Assembly (NCBI GenBank): GCA_000993565.1
Contig: LBWK01000001.1
Coordinates: 84,869 to 148,868, forward strand
Direction: 5' to 3'
From: a candidate division WS6 bacterium GW2011_GWF2_39_15
GTDB lineage: Bacteria > Patescibacteriota > Dojkabacteria > SC72
DNA: 64,000 nucleotides
Of this stretch, positions 9,405 through 19,073 are shown piece after piece. The notes below the pieces were generated by a model. That model searched no databases. It had not been told where the DNA came from and saw only the letters and a list, made by a program, of their open reading frames with translations. Position 1 is the stretch's first letter. Each line of letters begins with the position of its first letter. The position numbers and the translations under genes are program-made.

Positions 9405-10284
9405 TCTTTTTGTCTTTTTCATCAGGATTTAATGCTTTCATTCCCATAGCGATTCCCATACCTGTTGCAGCAGCATCTGCAGCCGATGAACCGGCTGAAC
9501 TGCCTTGCTCAAGTCCTTTTGCCATGCCGAGCTTTACTGCGGCATCTGCAGCGGCACCATTTTGAGCGTATGCAAAATCTCTGGTCATCTGTTTAAGCGT
9601 GGCTTCATCTTCTTCCTTTATTGATACGGTTACATTTCCCAGCTTGTTTATAGCGACACCATATTCCAAAAGATCCGGAGAAACTTTATCTAAAGCCATT
9701 TTTTCAAATGCGGAGGCCTGTGATGCAATACCTAAAATATCCTGTTTATCAACTGAAACGTATTTTGAGACCATCTCACGGAAATGCTTAAGGAGAAGGT
9801 CTTTAAGCCAGTCAGTAATTTGTTCATTACTCTGAAGACTCTGTGTCCCAACAAGTGTAAGAATTAGTTTTTGGGGATCGGAAACTGTCATAGCATATTC
9901 TCCAAAAACCCTAATACCGACAGCCAGATTAGTTCTTGGATCAACAACATTATCGATCATCCCTCCAAATGGTAGATCAGTAAACTGCCTTGTTGAAACG
10001 AAATACAATTCGGAAATGAGGAAGTTGCCACCAGTCGCCGAATCAATCAGTCCACTTAAAAAGGGGATACTTGCTCCATCGAGTGTATGTGTACCAGGCT
10101 GCAGTGTCCCTACAACTTGTCCCTTTTTAAAGAAAACAGCTAATTCATCCTGTTGAACAGTTAGTTGCGTCATCATTCGGATATTCGTATCAGGCCATTT
10201 ATAGATGATTTTATCTTTAGAATCATCAGGCCTTGCTACAAACTCTCTTTTAACTTCCTTCTTGAAAAAATCAAATATTCCCAT
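9376..10284 (-). CDS. SPFH/Band-7 family (Band_7_1, YdjI-like) protein
   Basis: 302 aa. The N-terminus MGIFDFFKKEV..KWPD is characteristic of the Band_7_1 / 'T7 gp14-like' SPFH subfamily. The C-terminal Ala/Gly-rich tail (AAADAAVKLGMAKG..SSAADAAATGMGIAMG) is typical. Confidence 0.5.
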   Translation of the reverse strand: MGIFDFFKKEVKREFVARPDDSKDKIIYKWPDTNIRMMTQLTVQQDELAVFFKKGQVVGTLQPGTHTLDGASIPFLSGLIDSATGGNFLISELYFVSTRQFTDLPFGGMIDNVVDPRTNLAVGIRVFGEYAMTVSDPQKLILTLVGTQSLQSNEQITDWLKDLLLKHFREMVSKYVSVDKQDILGIASQASAFEKMALDKVSPDLLEYGVAINKLGNVTVSIKEEDEATLKQMTRDFAYAQNGAAADAAVKLGMAKGLEQGSSAGSSAADAAATGMGIAMGMKALNPDEKDKKNDPVQQEQK

Positions 10285-10288
10285 GTTT

Positions 10289-10681
10289 TTATTTACTAAT
10301 TTTAGCTGTACTCTTAACCTCCGGACTCATGGCTAATTGAACTTTCTTCCAATCCCTTCTTAACTGAGCTCCCAAGCGCTTTGCTGCATCTAAGGTTAAT
10401 GATTTATCATTTTTGAACTCATCAATGACTTCACCAATGATGGAGAAATATTTCTGCTCATCAATCTTTTTACCCGCAGCTTTAAGAGCTTCGACTTTTT
10501 GAGTTACTAGGTCCCTGGCATCTTCAAAATAGTCGTAGGTTTGATCTTTTACCTTTTTTGCTAACTTTAGAAGGTCTTCCCTGGTCTCTTTTCCTGCCTT
10601 AGGAGCGAGAAGAACACCGGCTACTGTGCCGACTACGGCGCCGAATATGAGACCTTTAATAAATGAACCTGCTTTGTCCAT
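10289..10681 (-). CDS. YtxH-like (DUF948) small membrane stress protein
   Basis: 130 aa. The N-terminal glycine-zipper TM (FIKGLIFGAVVGTVAGVLLAPKAGKETRE) is followed by a long amphipathic helix. This matches the YtxH family. Confidence 0.5.
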   Translation of the reverse strand: MDKAGSFIKGLIFGAVVGTVAGVLLAPKAGKETREDLLKLAKKVKDQTYDYFEDARDLVTQKVEALKAAGKKIDEQKYFSIIGEVIDEFKNDKSLTLDAAKRLGAQLRRDWKKVQLAMSPEVKSTAKISK

Positions 10682-10758
10682 ATTTCTTTGTCACTTAATT
10701 TATCTTCTATATTCTTACACGTCTTGTTATATAAAGTCTAGAATGATTAAATATAGCT

Positions 10759-11397
10759 ATGATACTACCATCGTTGGACTTAGAAAAAAGCCTGTGGGCC
10801 AAAGGTTATGAAAATGTCGCCGGCCTAGATGAAGTCGGTAGAGGCCCCTTAGCCGGACCTGTAGTGGCTGGGGTTGTTGTTATAAATAAAGAGGAGCAGG
10901 TTATAGAGGGGGTTAGAGATAGTAAAAAGTTAAGTGAGAAAAAGAGGGAAGAACTTAGTGAAAAAATAGTAGAAGTCTCAGCAGGCTATGGAATAGGGTT
11001 TGTAGGTAGTGAAGAGATTGATATGTTTGGGATTGCTAAAGCCGTTAATTTGGCCATGACAAGGGCTGTGGAAGAAATGGTAACATATTTCAATATAAAT
11101 CCAGGCTTTCTTATAATAGATGGTAAGGCAGTATGGGATATCTCACCATATCCTTGTCTTAAAATGGATAAGGGAGATCTTCATCACTACTCAATCGCTG
11201 CTGCCTCTATAATTGCCAAGGTTGCAAGGGATAACCTGATGAAGGAGTACGCTGCTAAGTATCCTAATTATGGTTTTGACTCTAATGTAGGGTATGGTAC
11301 TAAAAAACATCTTGAGGCTATTCAAAATTACGGCATATGTGATATACATAGGAAAAGTTTTCACCCTATTTCAAATTTTGTTGTAAATACTGAGTAA
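10759..11397 (+). CDS. rnhB: Ribonuclease HII
   Basis: 212 aa. GLDEVGRGPLAGPVV contains the catalytic DEVGRG motif. Overall length is as expected for RNase HII. Confidence 0.85.
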   Translation: MILPSLDLEKSLWAKGYENVAGLDEVGRGPLAGPVVAGVVVINKEEQVIEGVRDSKKLSEKKREELSEKIVEVSAGYGIGFVGSEEIDMFGIAKAVNLAMTRAVEEMVTYFNINPGFLIIDGKAVWDISPYPCLKMDKGDLHHYSIAAASIIAKVARDNLMKEYAAKYPNYGFDSNVGYGTKKHLEAIQNYGICDIHRKSFHPISNFVVNTE

Positions 11398-11424
11398 GAG
11401 GTTGTATAATGCTTAAGTTTGTGA

Positions 11425-11500
11425 GGGCCGTTAGCTCAGTTGGTAGAGCATCTGGCTTTTAACCAGTTGGTCCCGGGTTCGAGTCCCGGACGGCTCACCA
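11425..11500 (+). tRNA. tRNA-Lys (anticodon TTT), CCA encoded
   Basis: Sequence gggccgt-ta-gctcagttggtagagc-a-tctgg-ctTTTaa-ccagt-tggtc-ccgggttcgagtcccgg-acggctc-a-cca. Confidence 0.8.
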
Positions 11501-11513
11501 TCCTTGCAAATAA

Positions 11514-11966
11514 TCAGAACATTTCTTTCCAGTTAATTGTTGAAAAATACTGTGGAATAACTCTTTCTCTAACCTTTTCTATAAACCCGGTTGCATCAGG
11601 CCAGGTTAGTCTCTCAGGTTCTACGAGAGTCGCCTTGGTAGTATTAAGAGCAATTAATCTTATTTCACCCTTCGCATTAGTTACAGTTCCGGCAAGCCAG
11701 ACAGAATGAGTTCCTAGTATATTGATTGACACTGGATCTTGAAGATAGCCTTGCACAAGATTTCTACCATCTGACAATAATCTCACTTCATCACCAATCA
11801 CTAGATCTTTAGCTTCCATAGTATATTTAGGATCTAAACCATTCACAAGGAAATGGAGGAGGCCTTTACGGGGCACAATATATTTACTATCAGGCATATT
11901 TAGAATTGAAACAACTAAAGCAAAATAAGCTATATAGGATATTAATCGACTTTGCAAAACCTGCAC
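11514..11966 (-). CDS. Signal peptidase I-like (S26 family) membrane protein
   Basis: 150 aa with an N-terminal TM. NMPDS resembles the SMxPT box carrying the Ser nucleophile. AKDLVIGDEV resembles the KRxIGxPGD box carrying the Lys general base. SDGRN resembles the GDNR box. Confidence 0.45.
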   Translation of the reverse strand: MQVLQSRLISYIAYFALVVSILNMPDSKYIVPRKGLLHFLVNGLDPKYTMEAKDLVIGDEVRLLSDGRNLVQGYLQDPVSINILGTHSVWLAGTVTNAKGEIRLIALNTTKATLVEPERLTWPDATGFIEKVRERVIPQYFSTINWKEMF

Positions 11967-12091
11967 GAGAATGGGGCTAGAATCAAATCCCGATGGCTCT
12001 ACTCTGCATAGAGTTTAGAACCCTGGGGTCAGGCTCTAAAGCCCGATCTAACAATGTATTTGCTTACTAATAATTTCTCATCGTTTGTGGT

Positions 12092-13111
12092 ATGATCCAT
12101 AGATTCATGAAAAAGCCAGAGCTCAACTACAAGAAATTTCTAAAGATATCACTCCAAATATTTATCTACGTTTTGGTCATATACTACATTTACGAAAGAG
12201 CTTCTGTGGGAAGAGATCTTGTTAAGTCAATTGAAAATATTGACAAAATATATTTCATATCAGCGATACTTGTTTACTTGATTCAAACACTGTTCAACTC
12301 CTTTTTGTGGTTTATAATAATGGTAAAATCGGGAGAGAAAGTAAGCTTAGTGTCACAAGTAGATGTTTACTTGAAATCCTACTTACTTAGATATATTCCG
12401 GGTAATGTTGTAGGTATATTTGCAAGAGGTGAATTTAACAAGGTTTATGGTGTATCAAGACTCAAAAGCTTGTGGGGATGGTTCCTCGAAAATATTACTT
12501 TCTTAGCCGTAGGTATTGGTTTTGGCTCATACTTCATTGTAAAGAACCTTACATCTGTACTTAATTTCACGACAAGTGTTGTTTCTCGCCAGAACATAGT
12601 AATTGCTATATCGGGTGCGGTCGTTATACTAATCTTGTTTGCAGTCTACCTCTCCATGTATAAGACGAATGAGCTGTGGAAGTTTTTCGACAGTTACATT
12701 CTAAAGAAGGTGCTCAAGAAAAATCTCGGTAAAAGCATTACTATTAAATTTGACAACCAATCGAGGATACTCATAGTTTTAGGGTACATAGTCTCATGGG
12801 CAATGTACTCAATCTCATTTATTCTTATGGTTGCAGCAGTTGATCCAGCGGCCTTAGAATATCCAATAGCATTAGCCTCCGTAAACGCCTTAGCATGGTC
12901 ACTAGGCTACCTGTTTATAATCACTCCAAGCGGTTCAGGAGTTAGAGAGGGAGCCTTTCTTTCACTTCTACCTCTAATTGCAGGAATTAGTCCAGTTGGT
13001 TCCGCAATCATAACGATAGGCATGAGATTAGTCAATGTAATCGGGGAAGTTGGTGCTTTCGCCTTATTTAAGGCGTATACTGTACTTAATAAAATGTACA
13101 AAAGATTGTAG
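12092..13111 (+). CDS. Flippase-like domain (UPF0104 / lysyl-PG-synthase TM region family) membrane protein
   Basis: 339 aa and polytopic. The MKKPELNYKKFLKI start, the TM distribution and the ...ITPSGSGVREGAF motif match the UPF0104 'flippase-like' family, which is frequently coupled to glycosyltransferases. Confidence 0.5.
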   Translation: MIHRFMKKPELNYKKFLKISLQIFIYVLVIYYIYERASVGRDLVKSIENIDKIYFISAILVYLIQTLFNSFLWFIIMVKSGEKVSLVSQVDVYLKSYLLRYIPGNVVGIFARGEFNKVYGVSRLKSLWGWFLENITFLAVGIGFGSYFIVKNLTSVLNFTTSVVSRQNIVIAISGAVVILILFAVYLSMYKTNELWKFFDSYILKKVLKKNLGKSITIKFDNQSRILIVLGYIVSWAMYSISFILMVAAVDPAALEYPIALASVNALAWSLGYLFIITPSGSGVREGAFLSLLPLIAGISPVGSAIITIGMRLVNVIGEVGAFALFKAYTVLNKMYKRL

Positions 13112-14035
13112 ATGAAGAAAGTATCCGTCATAGTCCCCATATACAATGAGGGTGAAGCAGTCCGATCTTTTCTAAATGACTTGATTAAAGAAGTAGGCAA
13201 ACTTAAATATCAATCTGAAATACTGGTTTTTGATAGCCCTACCTCCAAAAATTCCGAAAAGGTACTTCGAGAATTTGCAAAAAAGTATCCCAATGTGAAA
13301 GGATATGAGGTACGACATCCTGGTGTTACTGTTACAGACAAAACAAATAAATATATGCTGGGCATACAGCTTGCACAAGGCGATTACATAATAACGTCTG
13401 ATGGAGACGGGCAGGACAGGCCTGAGGAGTTCCATAAGTTCTTCCAAGCACTGGAAGAGGGATATGATTTCGCAATCGGGCGTAAAAAGAAGAGAAGAGA
13501 TGGCCTAGCGTACATGATAACATCACGCATTGCCAACTTCATTGTCAGATCCATTACCGGAGTAAAAGTTCATGATATGAATAACGGGATAAAAGCTTTT
13601 AGAAAGGATATAGCGAGAGAATTGAATTTGAAGGCAGGTCATTTTAGATTTATTCCTGTAATCGCAGCCGCAAAAAAGTGGAAGATAACGGAAATAGATG
13701 TTGAGCATAGGGAACGTTTAGGAAAAGGTAGGTTTTCATTTATGAGCAGGCTCCAGGGAGGGTTATTTGACATGCTTATAGTTTACTTCATTACAAAAAT
13801 GGGAGATACACCTATGTACCTGCTTGGCTGGTTCTCCCTAATTATGAAGCTTTTTGCATTTGTATTCCTCCTTCTTGGCCTTTTTGGCAAGGGGGAGGTC
13901 TTCTATATACTGTCACTAATGATATTTCTTTTCTCTATAAATACCTTTCTGTCAGCACTCCTAATGGAATATCAAAGAACTTCCTATGAGAGAAAAGATT
14001 ATTCTTCACTCATTGTTGAGAAGATCGGCAGCTAA
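13112..14035 (+). CDS. GT2-family polyprenyl-phosphate glycosyltransferase (DPM1/GtrB/ArnC-like)
   Basis: 307 aa. VSVIVPIYNEGEAV marks the GT-A fold start, followed by a DGDGQD (DxD) motif. Two C-terminal TM helices match the GtrB/ArnC architecture. Confidence 0.75.
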   Translation: MKKVSVIVPIYNEGEAVRSFLNDLIKEVGKLKYQSEILVFDSPTSKNSEKVLREFAKKYPNVKGYEVRHPGVTVTDKTNKYMLGIQLAQGDYIITSDGDGQDRPEEFHKFFQALEEGYDFAIGRKKKRRDGLAYMITSRIANFIVRSITGVKVHDMNNGIKAFRKDIARELNLKAGHFRFIPVIAAAKKWKITEIDVEHRERLGKGRFSFMSRLQGGLFDMLIVYFITKMGDTPMYLLGWFSLIMKLFAFVFLLLGLFGKGEVFYILSLMIFLFSINTFLSALLMEYQRTSYERKDYSSLIVEKIGS

Positions 14036-15720
14036 AAAACACATAAGCTTTTCTTATCCTCGACCCTAAATATAAAGTAGTGATTTTTTAGAATAGATTC
14101 GGGTTTTACATCTCCCTTGAAGTATTTGTAACGTAAGCATCTTTGCCATGTTGATAAACTTTTTGAATTTGAAGAGATATCTTCTTTCGGATATACAATG
14201 TAACTCTCTACACCCAACTCGGCCTGTTTGTTTTCTTGGTAAAACCTTTCTTGCTGCCAATCTAAATTACTTCCGTGCAGATATAGATAACCGTTTTTAG
14301 TTCCACCGGTTATTTCGTTGAAATATTCTAAATAGTTTGTGAAAGCTCTTATTACAACCAACAGATGAGCAGTAAGAAGGATAGTTAAAAGCAGTATGAA
14401 GAGCCTGGATTTATATTTTTCGATGAGGATTGAAACCACATAAGCAATTAGTAAACAGAGGAAGGGGTAGATCGGTAATAGATGACGCACGCCTATATTT
14501 ATAGAGCTGGCTAAAGAGAGGAAGGTAAGGACAGTTGGAATTGCTAATAACGGTAGATAATACCCCTTATTTTTCATAAAAAGTTTAAAATTTTTATATA
14601 GGAGAACAAGAGCATAAGTGACTGAGAAAAGTGATAGCAAAATGAAAGGCAGCGTCTCTTTTATGAGAAATGAAACAGGAAAATATAGAGGGTTTCCTCC
14701 ATTAAATGAGTGACCTAACAGATATGTCTTATGTCCGTGAAAGTTGTGCTTAATTACATTATCATAGAACCCCTTTAAATATTCAGGGAAAGGAAACTTT
14801 ACCTTCCTATATATAGTATCGAGAAAAGGCAGATTATCAAATGGCAGTATTCTATCAATAGTGTAAATATGATCATAGGTAGAATATACCTTTCCTGTGT
14901 TTCCATAATCGGCCTCGTAAATAGTTGTGAATTTAAAACCATATGCCGCTGTAAGAAGGAATAGCCATACTGCGATGATACCAATACAATTTATAAGGAC
15001 TCTTTTAGAATTGAGCTTAAAATGATGGGATAAAACCCAACCGTAGATCAAAACCCAAAAGGGAATTAGAAGTGTTGCTGTATATTTTGAAAGCAATGCT
15101 ATCAAAGCAGTAAATGTAAATAGCCAAGGGAAATGCCTCTCATCCTTTTTTGTTTTCCGCAGATCATAATAAAGTGAGAGTGTCGCAATAAATATTGTAA
15201 ACATTGCAGGTACATCTGTTGTTACAAGTGAGGAATGTGCAAGTACAGTAGGGGAAAGGCTCAGCAAAAAGATTGAGAGAAAAGCATATTTAAAACTAAA
15301 TAGCTTTAAAACAAGCTGATACGAAATAAATAACAATAGAGCAGAAAGTGCCGCAGATACCTGACGTGCCTGTACAAGGAAATTTAAGGAGTACGCTTCT
15401 CTACCTCCGTTTATCCATACAAGATTCATAGCGATATCATCTTTCTTAGCGTATTTCCAGTTGTCACTATTTAGATCCTCTCCCTTAAAATCAATATCAT
15501 AGGCAATTGGTATTGATTCAAGTACGTTGAAGAGAATAGGGTGATGTTGATTGATTCTATAATCGCCTGTCCTAATAAGCATAACACCGCGGGCAATATG
15601 ACTCGGTTCATCAGTAGTAAAGGAAAGATCCTTTGAAGAATTAAAGCTCAAAAAATAAAGCAGAAAAGATAATGCTGACGGTATAATAAGAGATATTATT
15701 AATTTCTTCAAAATAGTCAT
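14032..15720 (-). CDS. GT-C fold glycosyltransferase (family 39/83-like, ArnT/PMT-type)
   Basis: About 560 aa and polytopic. A first periplasmic loop carries the FTTDEPSHIARG (DE) motif typical of PMT/ArnT-type GT-C enzymes. Many TM helices follow. The start is 15759 or 15720; the latter avoids overlapping the helicase gene. Confidence 0.55.
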   Translation of the reverse strand: MTILKKLIISLIIPSALSFLLYFLSFNSSKDLSFTTDEPSHIARGVMLIRTGDYRINQHHPILFNVLESIPIAYDIDFKGEDLNSDNWKYAKKDDIAMNLVWINGGREAYSLNFLVQARQVSAALSALLLFISYQLVLKLFSFKYAFLSIFLLSLSPTVLAHSSLVTTDVPAMFTIFIATLSLYYDLRKTKKDERHFPWLFTFTALIALLSKYTATLLIPFWVLIYGWVLSHHFKLNSKRVLINCIGIIAVWLFLLTAAYGFKFTTIYEADYGNTGKVYSTYDHIYTIDRILPFDNLPFLDTIYRKVKFPFPEYLKGFYDNVIKHNFHGHKTYLLGHSFNGGNPLYFPVSFLIKETLPFILLSLFSVTYALVLLYKNFKLFMKNKGYYLPLLAIPTVLTFLSLASSINIGVRHLLPIYPFLCLLIAYVVSILIEKYKSRLFILLLTILLTAHLLVVIRAFTNYLEYFNEITGGTKNGYLYLHGSNLDWQQERFYQENKQAELGVESYIVYPKEDISSNSKSLSTWQRCLRYKYFKGDVKPESILKNHYFIFRVEDKKSLCVF

Positions 15721-17936
15721 ACTTGTAGTATATCTGAAGGGTGATTTTTGGTAAAACATATCGTCAAATGGTGAAGAGCCCTTGTACCTGCCACGTAGAA
15801 CTTCCTTGCTGATTCAAAGGTACTTGGATAGTTATCACTATTCACATCAATCAGAAAAACACTATCAAACTCCAAACCTTTAGCATTTAAAACCGGTGTA
15901 ATAATCACTCCTGCACTGTAGTTTTCCACTCCAATTGGTATTAAATACTGTGAAAGACCACCCTCTTTTTCTAGGTGCTCATATAAACTCTGTGCGGAAA
16001 CCGCATCTTTTGTTATGACGGCAATTGTGTTTCTGCTTTTATCTAATTCTTCCTTTATTTTTTCCGCTAACCTCTTTATATCACCTGATTTTCCTTCGAC
16101 AAGCGGGGAATCAGATTGAAGCACATCTACAGGTTCACCGTGGCGAAGAACGGCCTCAGGCCTTAAGTAACTTTTAGGAAACACCCTATCTATTCGTGTG
16201 GTAACATAATTAATAATTTCGATAGTAGTTCGATAACATTTGTTAAGTTGGTGATATTCATACGAAAGTTCACCATGATTAAGCTTTTTAGTAGTCTCTA
16301 TTAACTCTATCCAGTCATCGATGCAATTAGGTTCTCTAATTGCCTGTGCTAAGTCTCCAGCTAGCATTAAATTTGATTTCTTTGTTGTCAAATACATTGA
16401 GTATATCTGGGAGTAACTGAGGTCTTGGGCCTCATCTGCAATTATATAATCCCTAAGGACATCTGCAGAGCCGTTTAAAAGTAAGTGAAGAATTAGTAAG
16501 GCAGGTAGATCGTCGGCCTCATATGTATAGTAACTCCTAAGCTTTCTGACAATCTTATCTGTCCTCTGCTTTACTGCTGATGGTATAGACATTTTTGAAA
16601 CGATTTTTTTGTAGATCATCATTATATCCAAGCCTTGCTTTAGATAATCCTCAATTTTTTCTGTAATAACATCCCCATACAATTCATTTCGTCTAAGAAA
16701 TGACGCAGTTGTACTACCTTTATACATGAGCTGATTTTTTTCCTTCTGAACAGATAGCTTGAGAGCCTCAACTGGCGTGATATCAGCCGATTTTGCACGA
16801 ATCTCGTAATAGTTTCTATATATTTTCTCACTGTTTGAAAAAGGCAAACCCTCAAGTAATTCATCAATATACTCTGTAAATCCTTCCACAAGCTGTATAA
16901 GGAATTCTTTTGAACCTTTAATCATTTGCGACTCAGGATCGGGTTTGATATTCGCAAGAATATGCTTATTCGACCAATTTAAGACTTTTTTAGCCCAGAA
17001 AAGGTATGTGTTGGTTTCAACTCCATCGATTCCAAGAGAAGGCAATACATCTGAAATATAATCCAAAAATAGTTTGTTTGGTGCAATAATCAAAGTCTTT
17101 TCAGCCTTTATCTGTTTATTATATGTGAAGAAAAGATATGCAAGCCGGTGCAGCACAATTGTCGTTTTACCGCTTCCCGCAACACCTTGTAGAACACTAA
17201 GTTTATCTATTTTATCTCTTATAATTCTATTCTGCTCATTTTGTATTGTTGACACTATATCAGTTAGTTTTTGACCGATCTTTTGATTTAACTGTGAGAG
17301 GAGAAACTCATCAGCTGCCGTATTACCTGTCTTCGCATCATAGATGCTTTTAATTCTGGCTTTTGAGATCTCGAACATCCGCTTCTGCTCAATACTTCCC
17401 ATTTGCTGACCAAGCGGGCTGGTAAACTCAACACCTTCGGTCGGGCCTGAGTTGGTATAGTAAAGATTGGCAATTGGTGCCCTCCAGTCTGTGATTAAAG
17501 AAGAATTGGTCTCACGATCAAAGTAGGCAAACTTTCCTATGTAGGAAGTGATTGAACCTTTAGGAAACTTTTCACTTCTCACTCTGTTAAAGACAACTTT
17601 GCCGAAGTAGGGGATATCTAAAATTTGAAGCTCTCGGTTAATCCGCTTCACATGCTCATTTATCATTTTCATGAGCTGATTATAAATTTTCACAGCCTCC
17701 TTTTTGTCATCTCCAGTTTCATTTTCGATTATGAGGACTTGCTTTTCAAGCTCATTCTCGAGTTCTTTGAGTCTGCTAAAAAGTGATGCAGCACGTTTAC
17801 TTACAATTGATGTCACATTTTGCAAATAGGGATACTCCTGTTTTAAAACATCTGAGGTAATATCTACATCTTTGAAATCTTTAAGCTCATCGAGCTTATC
17901 TATAAGCGGACTGAGATATTTTTTGAATGTGAGCAT
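15717..17936 (-). CDS. Superfamily-1 UvrD-like helicase, HelD (helicase IV)-like
   Basis: 739 aa. Walker A is GVAGSGKTT. The remaining SF1 motifs are IIADEAQD (motif II), LAGD..Q and CYRTT. A long N-terminal coiled-coil/extension is present, as in HelD. Confidence 0.7.
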   Translation of the reverse strand: MLTFKKYLSPLIDKLDELKDFKDVDITSDVLKQEYPYLQNVTSIVSKRAASLFSRLKELENELEKQVLIIENETGDDKKEAVKIYNQLMKMINEHVKRINRELQILDIPYFGKVVFNRVRSEKFPKGSITSYIGKFAYFDRETNSSLITDWRAPIANLYYTNSGPTEGVEFTSPLGQQMGSIEQKRMFEISKARIKSIYDAKTGNTAADEFLLSQLNQKIGQKLTDIVSTIQNEQNRIIRDKIDKLSVLQGVAGSGKTTIVLHRLAYLFFTYNKQIKAEKTLIIAPNKLFLDYISDVLPSLGIDGVETNTYLFWAKKVLNWSNKHILANIKPDPESQMIKGSKEFLIQLVEGFTEYIDELLEGLPFSNSEKIYRNYYEIRAKSADITPVEALKLSVQKEKNQLMYKGSTTASFLRRNELYGDVITEKIEDYLKQGLDIMMIYKKIVSKMSIPSAVKQRTDKIVRKLRSYYTYEADDLPALLILHLLLNGSADVLRDYIIADEAQDLSYSQIYSMYLTTKKSNLMLAGDLAQAIREPNCIDDWIELIETTKKLNHGELSYEYHQLNKCYRTTIEIINYVTTRIDRVFPKSYLRPEAVLRHGEPVDVLQSDSPLVEGKSGDIKRLAEKIKEELDKSRNTIAVITKDAVSAQSLYEHLEKEGGLSQYLIPIGVENYSAGVIITPVLNAKGLEFDSVFLIDVNSDNYPSTFESARKFYVAGTRALHHLTICFTKNHPSDILQV

Positions 17937-17988
17937 TTAGTTTGCAGTTAGATAAATGCGAAATTGATTTTACTACATAATGAAGGAA

Positions 17989-19050
17989 CTATTCAACTAT
18001 ATCAGTAATCACTCCCCCTCCAATGCATTGGTCATCTCTATATACTACAAGGCTTTGACCAACAGCTACTGCCCATTGAGGTTCAAGAAACGAGGCTAAA
18101 GCACTACTTCCGTTAAGAGATAGTGTTATTCTACTATCTTTTGATCTATACCTTACGGTAGCGGTAAAACTATCACTAAGTGTAATGTCAGAAATAATAT
18201 GGAAATGGTCTAACTTAACTGTTTTAGAATATAAAGAAGGACTATTTCTACCTTTTGTTACATATAGACGATTGTTTTCAACATCCTTCTTGCAGACAAA
18301 ATAGGGTTGGTCCAATCCACCGACCCTTAGCCCTTTTCTCTGTCCGATCGTATAAAACCAGACTCCATTATGCTGGCCTACGTCTTTGAGTGAGTCAATA
18401 TCAATAACCTCACCTAGTTTTTCCTTCAATTCTGTTTTAAGAAAGTTAGTAATATTTACCTTACCGACAAAGCAAATACCCTGGCTGTCTTTTCTTGAGT
18501 AGTTTGGAAGCTGTGACTTTCTGGCAATTTCCCGCACCTCTGGTTTAGTTAAACACGCTAGAGGAAACAGTGTTCGAGAGAGCTGTTCCTTAGTTAATTG
18601 GTGAAGGAAGTAAGTTTGATCCTTATTTGTATCCTTAGCGCGATACAAAGCTCCTCCCATTGTTCCCGCATAGTGTCCTGTGGCTATATAATCAGCCCCA
18701 TCTTCCATTGCACGATTCAGGAACTTATCAAATTTAATGAACTTATTACATAACACATCAGGATTTGGTGTATTTCCAATGCTATATTGGGAGAAAAAGT
18801 CTTTAATAACTAACTCTCTGTATTCCTTCTCAAAATTGTAAACCTTAAAGGGGATTTCTAATTTATCGGCAACTGCACGTGCACTCTTCAGATCTTCCTC
18901 CCAAGGGCACTGATCTTCAATCCCGTAATCACTTCCCGACCAGTTCTTGAGAAAAACACCAGTTACCCGATATCCCTGTTGCAATAGTAATAGTGCCGCC
19001 ACAGCACTATCTACACCACCAGATAATCCAACAAAGACATTCTTTCCCAT
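17989..19050 (-). CDS. mnmA: tRNA-specific 2-thiouridylase
   Basis: The PP-loop VFVGLSGGVDSAVAALLL is near the N-terminus, and the overall MnmA layout is present. The alternative start (MGKNVF...) at 19050 avoids overlap with the upstream gene; the ORF-track start is 19113. Confidence 0.85.
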   Translation of the reverse strand: MGKNVFVGLSGGVDSAVAALLLLQQGYRVTGVFLKNWSGSDYGIEDQCPWEEDLKSARAVADKLEIPFKVYNFEKEYRELVIKDFFSQYSIGNTPNPDVLCNKFIKFDKFLNRAMEDGADYIATGHYAGTMGGALYRAKDTNKDQTYFLHQLTKEQLSRTLFPLACLTKPEVREIARKSQLPNYSRKDSQGICFVGKVNITNFLKTELKEKLGEVIDIDSLKDVGQHNGVWFYTIGQRKGLRVGGLDQPYFVCKKDVENNRLYVTKGRNSPSLYSKTVKLDHFHIISDITLSDSFTATVRYRSKDSRITLSLNGSSALASFLEPQWAVAVGQSLVVYRDDQCIGGGVITDIVE

Positions 19051-19073
19051 ATGATTATTATAACTGATTTGGT

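Noticed and set aside
10626-10811. 61-aa plus-strand ORF spanning the YtxH/rnhB intergenic region
   Set aside because: It overlaps the YtxH gene N-terminus in antisense and then runs into the rnhB start. It is more plausibly the divergent promoter region. There is no motif.
11440-11709. 89-aa plus-strand ORF overlapping tRNA-Lys
   Set aside because: It begins inside the tRNA-Lys gene and continues antisense to the signal-peptidase-like gene. It is not a credible CDS.
11967-12091. 125-nt non-coding stretch containing a GTCAGG motif and short stem-loops (ctcta-ctctgca-tagag), considered as a possible small RNA (SRP-RNA-like)
   Set aside because: It lacks the conserved SRP domain-IV AAGGAAGCAGC core and any convincing extended pairing. 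It is the divergent promoter region between the signal-peptidase-like gene and the flippase-like gene. I cannot support an ncRNA call without covariance-model search.
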